Below, in pieces: positions 1 through 9,763 of a stretch of 64,000 nucleotides of DNA. Made by a program: the position numbers and the translations under genes. The first letter of the stretch is position 1, and each line of letters starts with the position of its first letter. The stretch comes from Eledone cirrhosa (Eukaryota): positions 163,742,001 to 163,806,000 of the forward strand of contig OZ024741.1 of assembly GCA_964016885.1 (NCBI GenBank). The letters are read 5' to 3'. A model generated the notes under the pieces. That model made no database searches. It saw only the letters and a list, made by a program, of their open reading frames with translations, and was not told the origin of the DNA.

Positions 1-60
1 AGAAGAAGAAGAAGAAGAAGAAGAAGAAGAAGAAGAAGAAGAAGAAGAAGAAGAAGAAGA
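1..60. repeat. (GAA)n microsatellite, probably the (TTC)n tail of the adjacent minus-strand SINE
   Basis: Pure AGA repeat running to the window edge and abutting the SINE 3' end (GTAGAAACCAT on the minus strand). Confidence 0.95.
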
Positions 61-266
61 ATGGTTTCTACTGTAAGGACAATTTTCGGGGAAGAGCAGG
101 TCGATTAAATCGACCCCAGTGCTTTGCTGGTGCTTCATTTTGTCGACCCCGTAAGGATGAAAAGCAAAGTTAATCTCGGCGAGATTTGAACTCAGAACGT
201 AAAGGGACGTAATTATGTCACGAAACATGGTATCCGAGACTCTACCGATACTGTCAATCCACCGCC
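61..266 (-). mobile_element. tRNA-type SINE, older variant of the family repeated across the window
   Basis: Reverse complement starts GGCGGTGGATTGACAGTATCGGTAGAG, with B-box-like GAGTTCAAATC and core TTCATCCTTACGGGGTCGA shared with copies at 42861, 56048 and 60590. Confidence 0.85.
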
Positions 267-270
267 CTTA

Positions 271-290
271 TAATAACAATAATAATAATA

Positions 291-350
<60 letters not shown>
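271..350. repeat. (AAT)n tract switching to (TTA)n; 5' flank of Tx1 copy A
   Basis: taataacaataataataataa followed by about 20 TTA units. Confidence 0.95.
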
Positions 351-566
351 GAATGCTATGGTTGACGGAGGCTCGGCTCTGTAAGGTATTGTAAATTTTG
401 AACGCTATAACAATTGTAAATTGTTTAAAACTTTAACCAACTTGTAGACAAAAACACCCTCCTCCTCGTGAGAGGGGTCTTTCTGCCCGTTATTTGGCCC
501 TTCGGGGTTAAATAACTGCTTATTAGGGTTTTGTGCCCAATATTTATTTTAAACAAAAAAAACAAC

Positions 567-2668
567 ATGGCTACGAAAAAGAATTTTCATAGGTCACTCC
601 CACTCATTCCGTCTTCTTCTTCCTCAATCGTCACTACACCAGAGGGAAGATTGTCTCTCTCGCCCTCCCTTCTCTAAATGTGTCTCTCTCCCTCCCTTCT
701 CTTTCGCAAGCGACGACAGAAAAGAAAAGTCTTGTGCAAAGCGTGCAAGATTTCTCCACGACGACAACGACGACGAAACAGGTGTGCGGGAAATACGAAA
801 ACCCATTTCATTCGTCTGACGTCAGGAATAATAGCAGTAGCAGCCGTAATAACAACAGCAACAGTGACAATGAAAACAACAGTAGCAGCCGCAACAGTAT
901 CAGCAACAGCATAAACAACAACAGCATTAGCAGCAGCAACACCAACAACAACCACAGCAACAGCGGCGGCGGCAGTAGTCGTAGTACCTGCAGCAACAAC
1001 AAAAGTGACAGCAGCTCTGACGACAACAACAACAACAACAACAACAGAGGCAAAGAAAAACCAACTCGTTTGCAGGTATCGCGAAGAACCTGGAAACAAT
1101 CCTCATAACAAATGAGGAATTAGAGGAAGCGAAGGAGATGGTGACAAAAACTGGACACCGAGCAATTTGCAAGGCAGCGGAAACATTTTTTCGAAACCCA
1201 ACAGCACTGTACGGTCACGTACCGTACAGTAAGTACAAAATCCCGTAGGGTTGAAAGAGGCACAGAGGCTCAAATACAAAAAGCCTTGGGGTCTGTGTGG
1301 CAGCGGAAAACGCACATCACCCGAGGCAATAAATATGCCACCGTAGACGTACTTTTTGCCACACCCCAGGAGGCAAAGGCTCAATCCGTAGTGACCCTAA
1401 GGAGCGAGGAAATAGTGTTGGTGCCCTCCTACTGCGGGCAAAAAATTGTGAGGGTCAAACTGACCCCCCCCCCCCCCCGGGATGGCCCCTTCTTGGCTGG
1501 CCGCGTCTGTCCTTGTCGGAATCGAGGACAAAACAACTGTACTGCAAGTACAGAAAAAAGTAAGAGAAGATTGGGTCGGCACCTCCATTGAGATGTTAAT
1601 CCAATCCAACCAGGAGTGCATCGAAGCTATCCCGGATGTGATAGACTTCGATAACGGCACTCAACTGCCCATAAGTGTTGAGGGCAAACGCCCGAAATGC
1701 TTTTTCTGTGGATCGAAGACTCACCTCAGGGCCTTCTGCAACGAGAAGACCCTGAGAAAGGAGAAAACCCCCCTCCTTCCGAAACCGGCTCCACGGCTAC
1801 CAGCAACAGGACAAGCGGCATCCAGGAACGATAGGTCCGTGGCACCCATACCCACGCCACGGAAATCAAAACCAGCAGCAGCAGTGGAAGTATTAACAAC
1901 AACAGCAATACCAAATGTAAAAGAGACTCCAGTGCAAACATCACCAACAACAACAAGTGAAAGAGTGGAGCTGGTACCCCTCCCCGACCTCACAGAATCA
2001 GACATGGAGTGTGAGGTGGAAGAGGGATGGCAAAAGGTCGTAAGAAGGCACAAACGCAGAAGCAGCGCATCGTCGCCTTTGAAAAGGGAGGAAAGAAATG
2101 AAAAAAGGGTAAAGTCTACTGCAAAGAGACTCACAGCAGCAACACCACCAACACCATCACCACCCACACTAGCACCACCATCACCACCGGCGACAACCCC
2201 ACCGCCAACAACACCTTCAACACCACCACCACAAGCACCAACATCGCAAACACAACAACAAAACACACACACCCAGCAACAACGACAAGAAAATAGCAGA
2301 ACCACACCCCACCCCAGAAAAATAAATGCACGGCAATAAATACACACAACAAGAAACTAATGACTTACATAATTGAACACACAGACATTTCACAACACGA
2401 CTACATAATACCAGCACCAATCAAAACGCCAACTAACATAAGACTGCTAAAAATAGCACAGAAACAATACACAAACATTAAAACGAAATTCCCCAACGCA
2501 GTTGGCGATTTCAGAGACCTAGGAGGAACTATCAACCGAAGAGTATATTCGGACATACTCATAGAAGAGCCGACGACCAGCCGAAGGGACGATTCAACGG
2601 TCCCTTCACCAGACGATCAAGTGAAAAGAGATGGAAAAACTATCCCTCCTCTACGAAAAGTACGATAA
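567..2668 (+). pseudogene. Tx1 ORF1 type 1, frameshifted (Asn/Ser-rich N-terminus, CCHC knuckle, Pro/Thr-rich linker)
   Basis: ORF pieces 680-1108, 1286-1591, 1482-2339 and 2360-2668; knuckle CFFCGSKTHLRAFC; colinear with 19106-21209. Confidence 0.8.
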
Positions 2669-2703
2669 GTGGTCTTTCCCATCTTTTCCACTCTATTTTA
2701 AAC

Positions 2704-4392
2704 ATGACCTCACTCAGAATAGGCAGCATAAATGCGCGTGGCTTCGGGTCGTCATGGAAGCAGGGTCACCTGCTCAACGACCTCAGGTCACTAAACATAG
2801 ATGTAGTGGCCATCAGCGAGACCAGAATCTCCGAAGCACGGGCCTTCGCACCGATCTTCGGCGGCTACGTGTGTACGCATCTCCCAGCCGTCCTGGATCG
2901 GGGGGGAGGAGTTGCTGTGCTTTTTCGCAGAGGTTTGGATCTCGCCATACGGGCCATCTTCCTGGACCCAGAGGGTAAGTTGGTGGTGCTGGACGTGACC
3001 AGCGGAAACGGGCAAGCTTTCAGGCTAGTGGCCGTCTATGCCCCGACAGGTGCAGGGCGGCCTCATTTCTTCCGGCGTCTGGAGACCTTTCTTGGAATGT
3101 CCCGCTCTTTAGTGTTAGTGGGCGACTGGAACGGGATCTTAGATGCACGCTGGGATTGTGTGGGATTAGTGGATAGGGGTGGAGGGTGCAAGAGCCTCAC
3201 CAAACTGCTCAGGCGTTTTGAACTGTCTGACAGGTACCGATTGGATTTCCCGAATGTGCCAATGTGGACTTGGACAAATCGCATAGGGTCATCCAGATCA
3301 TATCTAGATAGAGTATTTTGTAGGGACATAGATAGGTCTAGCATAGGCTGTCCACAATTCAAGTCAGCTACACGGACCACAAATTCGTGATCTGTGTGCT
3401 TGACTTAGATAGGCTTCATAGACGAGGACCCGACTACTGGAAGCTAAACGCGTCCTTACCAGCGCGCAAGGCCTACAGAGACCGGATTAGCAAACTAGTT
3501 AAGCGGGCGTTGACGGGGGCCATCGTCAACAACAAGTGGTGGTTTGCTCTGAAAAGAGCAATTAGAATAGACTCCTCTTCCTCGGCGGTGATCAGGTGTG
3601 GTCGCCGTTTGCTAGACACGTATTTCCTCAGCTCGTTTCCTTGACGGAGCTGCAGTCCTGGGTTAAGAGAAGACCGAGAGGGAGTGCCTGGAGACTGGAA
3701 TGTCTTCAGGCGCTCACAGCTCTCGACCAATCGGGCAATGTGATCGGTGGAAACTCCACCTCGGCGTTCTATACAGGATTAGTGGAGGGGAAGAGCGACG
3801 ACGTACTTGGGGAAACTCTAGGCGTCGACGAAAATCAACTAGCCAATCTCTTCGGAAGAACTTTCGGGCCAGGGCCTATGGACAACTTCCAGAAATCTCT
3901 GGCCTGGCAGTGCTACCGAGGAGCTTGCCAGTTCGGGATAAACTCTACAGGCATGGAGGTGCCGTCAGCCGGGCATGTCCGAGATGTGCGCAGGGCGACG
4001 AAACCGTCCTGCACGCACTCGTCCAGTGTCCGAAAATTGCTGACTAGTGGGTGTATGTCGAATACCTGCTGTCACGTGTAGGACGGATCCGGCTATCATC
4101 TCAGTCCATCGTGAGGATTGCCCCGCCCTCCTCCTTTAGCCGGGATGGGCAGGCAGTTTTTATCTGTCTGGTGGCCATGGCGAAAGAGATAGTATGGTGG
4201 ACACGTTTGAAAGGGCTGTAGTCGAGCACTTACCTCTTCGGTGATGCTCTGATTGACTTTTTCAAATTTCATTTGAAAAGGAAAATCAGAGTAGAGAGAG
4301 AAGTGCTCTCTTCCCAGCATTTTGTTGAAAGATGGGTGAGAGAAGCAAGAATGGCCCGAGTGAATGGGCCTACTCTGAGTATATATCTGTAA
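2704..4392 (+). pseudogene. Tx1 ORF2 remnant: APE endonuclease joined to the C-terminal zinc-knuckle region, RT missing
   Basis: APE motifs SINARG, AISETR, VGDWN, YLDR; junction near 3575; CPRCAQGDETVLHALVQC. Confidence 0.88.
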
Positions 4393-4640
4393 ATTAAAGG
4401 TGGAAAACTGGGAGAGGGCACTTGCCTTGGTGGTCAGGGTCACTGTGGCCTTTTACTGGGCTTTCTCCATAAATGTCCCTCCGAAGTCTCCCCCCTATTG
4501 GGGAATTTTTCATTGTTATTTTTTGTTACATCCTCTGTATTTGTTTTTTACACGGAGAAATGCCCATTTGTACCGTACTGTATTTTCCTGCACTGTCCTT
4601 AATGTCTACTTTATGTAAACCCTTGTGGTTAATAAAGAAA

Positions 4641-4642
<2 letters not shown>

Positions 4643-4696
<54 letters not shown>
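4643..4696. repeat. (TTA)n tract 3' of Tx1 copy A
   Basis: Direct reading. Confidence 0.95.
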
Positions 4697-4697
<1 letters not shown>

Positions 4698-4860
4698 GCG
4701 GTGGATTGGCAGTATCGGTAGAGAGTCGGATGCCATGCCATAGTTACGTACCTTAACGATCTGAGTTCAAATCCCGCTGAGGTTGACTTTGCCTTTCGAT
4801 AAAATAAGGTACCAGTAATGCACTGGGAAATTGCTGGCCTTGTGCCAAAAAGTAGAAACA
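4697..4860 (+). mobile_element. tRNA-type SINE inserted in the TTA tract
   Basis: GGCGGTGGATTGGCAGTATCGGTAGAG...GTAGAAACA; ATTATTATTATTATTAAT on both sides (TSD-like). Confidence 0.9.
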
Positions 4861-5467
4861 ATTATTATTATTATTAATAGCTCCCGTAAGTTTTTGATTT
4901 TTTACATATTTAAAACAATTGTGATAGAATAATTCTTATTACAAATGGAACATAAGATACCAGTCTTAACTCTCAGGAAGTGACAACGCATCACATTATG
5001 GCACAGGGCTCCAATATTTAATATTTAATTTTGTATCAGAAATTGTATAGTCAAAAAAGAAAATGGTTACAAACAACAGCCAAATAATTTCCCCACCAGC
5101 ACCACCACCGTCGCCGCCACCATCACCACCGTCGCCGCCACCATCACCACTACCATAAGAAATCTAGCCAAGTACAAAACAACGGCTGAAACAACACCAT
5201 CACTATAGTACTGCTATCCCATCACCACCGCTACCACTGCATCATCGCTACCACCACTATTCCCTCATTACTTCCTGTTAAGAGAGGGATGGTTGTAGTG
5301 CCACTACACAGGAATAGAAGTGAGGAAGGCATCAAAAGATATAAATAGACTGATTTAGTGACCCGGTTAAACAGCTAACAACAACAACACCAAAATAATT
5401 ATTGTTGTTGTATCTCTAAACTCTCTCAAAATGTTTAATTTAAACGATGTCAAATCCAGACTATAAT

Positions 5468-5674
5468 ATTGTTTCTACTTTTGGCACAAGGCCAGCAATT
5501 ACCCAAATAACAATTGTTTCTACTTTAGGCACAAGGCCAGAAATTACCCAGTGCATTACTGGTACTTTATTTTATCGACCCCGTAAAGGCAAAGTCAACC
5601 TCAGATCGTAAAGGGACGTAACTATGCTGGAAAGCATGGTGTTTGACCCTCTACCGATACTACCAATCCACTGC
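5468..5674 (-). mobile_element. tRNA-type SINE with duplicated 3' terminus
   Basis: Two tandem copies of TTGTTTCTACTTT(T/A)GGCACAAGGCCAG(C/A)AATTACCCA, then the SINE body in reverse. Confidence 0.85.
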
Positions 5675-6073
5675 CCACGATAATATAATAATAATAATAA
5701 GCAACAAGTCGAAAGATTATAGAACAGAACACAGACAAAAACAAATTTCAAAAGTTTTGAACGCATCAACCCCCAATGCCCTCGTAGCTAAAATCAAAAA
5801 CAGCAGCAGCAGTAACAACACTAGTAACCGATGTTACTGGCCTTGAAAAACGAAAAACGTAGAGGAAAAAAAACAAACAAAAAAAAAAACTAAGTCAGAC
5901 ATTCAAACATTACAATGAAACTTATATTTATTTTTTTAAGTTTTTATCTATTTATTTGTTTATTTATTTATTTCGTCTACAGCGTGATGGTGCCACGCTA
6001 AAATCACCGGGGTGATGAAATCACCGGTGGTTATGTAACCATACATTCACCCATCCTCGATTTGAGTGTTTAA

Positions 6074-9000
6074 ATGTCGAACCTAAACAGTTCGAATAAC
6101 GGTGAAGAGGAGACTGGAACGTCATCTGACACACTCTCACCCAGCAAGTGCCCCCTGGCCCAGCAGCAGGGACCTGGGTGTCATCCAAATACTGCTGGTG
6201 TTGGAGGAAGAAGAAGAAGGAAAGGGACAAGAACCAACTGGACGAAAGAATTGAATAGAACTGTAATGAAATGTTACCTGAAGAGTAACCCCAAGGAAAA
6301 AAGCTACAGGAAACGGATGCATAGCATCTGGAACGAGATTGGTCTATTTAAATTAGATGAACAAAAATTGGCCGAGCAGGTTCGGGTAATAAGAACTAAT
6401 GGATGGATAAGCGAGCTGGAACTGGAGGAACTCAGCAGAGAGATTAGGCTGGAAATAGAGAGTGGAGTATGTCAGGCAAACGAGAAAGTGGGAAATGAAG
6501 GTGAAGAGGTTGAGAGAACGGAGGAAGCTTCCGAAGCAGACAATGATCTGAATGCTGAAATAAATAATACCTGGAACAAAGATACGGCCATTGAGGAAAT
6601 GAATGCTGACGGGCTAGGACAAGATATCCTAAACTTAGTGGTAGACAGGAAAAAGGATTTGTAGACAGGAAAAAGGATTTGTAGACAGGAAAAAGTTAAA
6701 AGAAACAACAGCTAAGGTAAAGACAGTCATCCCATACCTTGAGGCGAGGAACCTTCACCAGTGCAACAATATCCTCAAAGCAACAGCAAATGCGGTGAGG
6801 AAATTACTTGGAATAAAAACGAGAGGAAACAACAAACAAGAAAGATCAGAACCTTGGTGGAGGAAACGACTGAATGATCAAATCAAGGAAATGAGAAATG
6901 ACATTGGAAAGTTTGAGTCCTTACTGAATGGGACACAAAACATAGACAATAAAAATAGATTGGAAATAAAGTACAAAACTAGGAGGAAAAAGCTAAATAT
7001 CATCATAGAGGAACTGAAGCAACGCATTGTAGCAAAGAGCGCAAAGATTAGGCGATACGAGAGCAGAGTCAGTCAGTATAGACAGAACCGCATGTTTCAC
7101 AAGAACCAGAAGATATTGTTTGGGCAGCTTGAAGGGAAAGAAAGAGGCAACGACTTGATCCCTGAGGCGGAACAGACTAAGACATTCTGGAGAGGATGTT
7201 AAATATAATGACCAGGCAGTGTGGATTGAGACAGTACAAAAGGAGATTAGTGAACAAGCACACCAACAAACTGATTTGAGTATCACAGTTGTAACTCTTA
7301 AGGGGCAGGCCAAAAAACAAACCAACTGGAAATCACCAGGCCCAGATGGTGTGCAGGGGTATTGGATTAAAAATATAACATCCCTCCACCCGAAACTGAC
7401 AACCATGTTCAATGACTGCTTGATGTCGGGTGAGGTACCAGAGTGGTTGACAAAAGGTACCACAGTTCTGGTAATGAAAGACCGAATCAAGAGTAATGAT
7501 GTTACCAATTATAGACCTATCACATGTCTGTCCGTAATGTGGAAACTGTTAACAAACATAGTGTCTGAGGAAATCTACCATCACCTCCACATAAACAACT
7601 TCTTACCGGACTAACAGAAAGGATGCCGAAAGAAGTCCCGTGCTACAAAAGACCAGTTACTTATTGATAAGATGGTAATGGGGAATTGCAAGAGAAGACA
7701 CACTGGTCTTGCCATGGGATGCATAGATTACAAAAAGGCACATTCGACATGGTACCTCATTCTTGGATAACCAAAAGCCTAGAGATCTTCAAGGTGACAG
7801 ATAACATCAGACGTTGTTGAGCAAAAGTATGAAGTCCTGGGAAACAGAGTTAACATCGGGTGGAGAATCCTTGGGAGGCGTGAAGATCAAGAGGGGTATC
7901 TTGCAGGGAGATAGTTTGTGCCCTTCTGTTGTTTGTCTTTGCCCTGATAGCCCTGACCATTATACTGCGAAAAGTGTGAGCAGGATACAAGTTGGGAAAA
8001 GGAGAGCTTACCATCAACCACCTCCTCTTCATGGACGATCTTAAACTCTTTGGGAAGAGTGAGAAGGAGTTGGATGTACTTTTGACACTGTCAAGTATTT
8101 TCAGCAATGATATATGTTAACAATTTGGTATTAATAAGTGTGGAGTCCTTGTGATGAAGAGGGGTAAATTGAGCAGAAGCAACGGAATCCGGGTACAAAC
8201 AGGTGAGATGATAAAGGAAATTGACACTAAAGGATACAAATATTTAAGTGTTCTGGAGGCAGATAACATCACGAACAAAGAAAATGAAGGAATTGATAAG
8301 ATGTGAGTACATTAGGAGAGTAAGGAGCGTATTAAAATCACATCTAAATAGTAGGAATGTCATAAGTGCAGTGAATTCCCGAGCTGTATCTATTATTAGG
8401 TACAGTGCGGGAATTCTGAAATGGAATGTTGCTTAACAAAAAGAAATGGATAGGAAGACTAGGAAGCTATTGACTATCTACAACAAGTTCCACAAGAGGA
8501 GTGATGTCGATAGATTCTACTTAAGGAGATCTGAAGGTGGAAGAAGTCTTATCAACATAGAGGACTGTGTTCAGATGCAGAAAAACAACCTACACAAATA
8601 CGTGACTGATAGTAAGGAGCCAATGCCCAGAATTGTACTGAAGGAGAGGACAATAGACCAGGGGATGTCCAAGGAGGAAATAACAACAAGGAGCAAGAGC
8701 AGCCTTCATGAAAAATCCCTTCATAGTACCTTCTTTGAGAAAACTGAATTCAGAGATCCACAGACATGGAACTGGTTGAAAAGAGGAGACCTTAAAAAGG
8801 CTACAGAAGGAATGCTATTGGCTGCACAAGAGCAGACCCTCAAAACGAAGTGGTTGAAACACCATATTTACAAGGAGGAGGCTATCCCACTGTGCAGGAT
8901 CTGTGGAGAGAGAGAGGAGACTGTGGCTCACATTGTATCCGAGTGTAAACACCTAGCCCAGACTCACTATAAAGGCTGGAGACATGATGTGATGGGCAGG

Positions 9001-9397
9001 GTGATACATTGGCACCTATGCAAAGTAAACAATTTACCACATTCTGAGAAGTGGTATGAGCATAAGCCAGAGTCGGTGATAGAAAACGATCAGGTGAAGG
9101 TGCTGTGGGATTTTAGGATACAGACGGACAAGAAACTGGAACACAATAGACACGAGAGTGCAAGAGAAGGAGAGGGAGAAAATTAACCGATACCAGGACT
9201 TAAAGTGGGAAGTAAAAAGGATTTGGAACTGCCATGAAGTCAAAGTGATCCCGATTGTCATAGGCGCACTAGGTACTATCTCAAAAAGTTTCCAGGGATG
9301 GTTAAAGAAAATTGTTCCCGCCCCGCTTTTTGGAACACTTCAAAAGGCATGCTTGCTGGGAATAGCAACAACTCTCCGATACGTCCTGAATATCTGA
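6074..9397 (+). pseudogene. Dong/R4 single ORF (RT, CCHC, RLE) broken by stops, frameshifts and a deletion of the PD motif
   Basis: ORF pieces 6074-6664, 6795-7202, 7219-7614, 7814-8044, 8248-8436, 8446-9186 and 9158-9397; the 3' pieces are colinear with the intact ORF 24286-26214. Confidence 0.88.
6641..6695 (+). repeat. 20-bp tandem duplication GTAGACAGGAAAAAGGATTT, about 2.7 copies
   Basis: Direct reading; the TAG at 6662-6664 ends ORF 6074-6664. Confidence 0.9.
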
Positions 9398-9474
9398 GGC
9401 TGCAGGTAGTGGCTTGATATTCACTTCAACAAACTTTTCAGTTAACTAACATCAATGACTGAGACTCAAAGAAC

Positions 9475-9518
<44 letters not shown>
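9475..9518. repeat. (AAT)n spacer between Dong copy 1 and Tx1 copy C (tail to tail)
   Basis: Direct reading. Confidence 0.95.
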
Positions 9519-9763
9519 GGTTTTCTTTATTAACCACAAGGGTTTACATAAAGTAGACATTAAGGACAGTACAGGACAATACAGGACGGTACAAATGGGC
9601 ATTTCTGCGTGTAAAAAAAACAGAGGTTGAAATAAAATAACAAAGAAAAATTCCCCAATAGGGGGGAGACTTCCGAGGGACATTTGTGGAGAAAGCCCAT
9701 TAAAAGACCACAGTGGCCCTGACCTCCAGGGCAAGTGCCCTCTCCCAGTTTTCCACCTGTAAT

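Larger units (their letters stand above)
351..4642 (+). mobile_element. Tx1/L1-clade non-LTR retrotransposon copy A; both ends intact, RT domain deleted
   Basis: 5' end GAATGCTATGGTTGACGGAGGCTCGGCTCTG and 3' end CCCTTGTGGTTAATAAAGAAATC match the reverse complement of 15411-21424; (TTA)n on both sides. Confidence 0.92.
5975..9474 (+). mobile_element. R4/Dong-clade retrotransposon family 1, copy 1; near full length, decayed; 5' boundary approximate
   Basis: R4-type N-terminus WTKELNRTVMKCY...YRKRMHSIW...EQ...GWISELELEEL; RT motifs [22 protein letters not shown]; [18 protein letters not shown]; (AAT)n tail. Confidence 0.9.

Noticed and set aside
1464-1480. Poly-C run as a programmed frameshift site
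   Set aside because: Run length differs between copies A and B and the run is absent at this position in type 2 ORF1; slippage or sequencing error is simpler.
1721-2347. 208-aa antisense ORF, also open in copy B (19426-20052), as an ORF0-like gene
   Set aside because: It shadows the Pro/Thr-rich ORF1 linker, whose ACA/CCA codons give few antisense stops; the copies are too similar for shared openness to be informative.
2339-2668. Separate small ORF (MTYIIEH...) between ORF1 and ORF2
   Set aside because: Copy B has one more C in the CCCCC run, which puts this segment in frame with ORF1; it is the ORF1 C-terminus.
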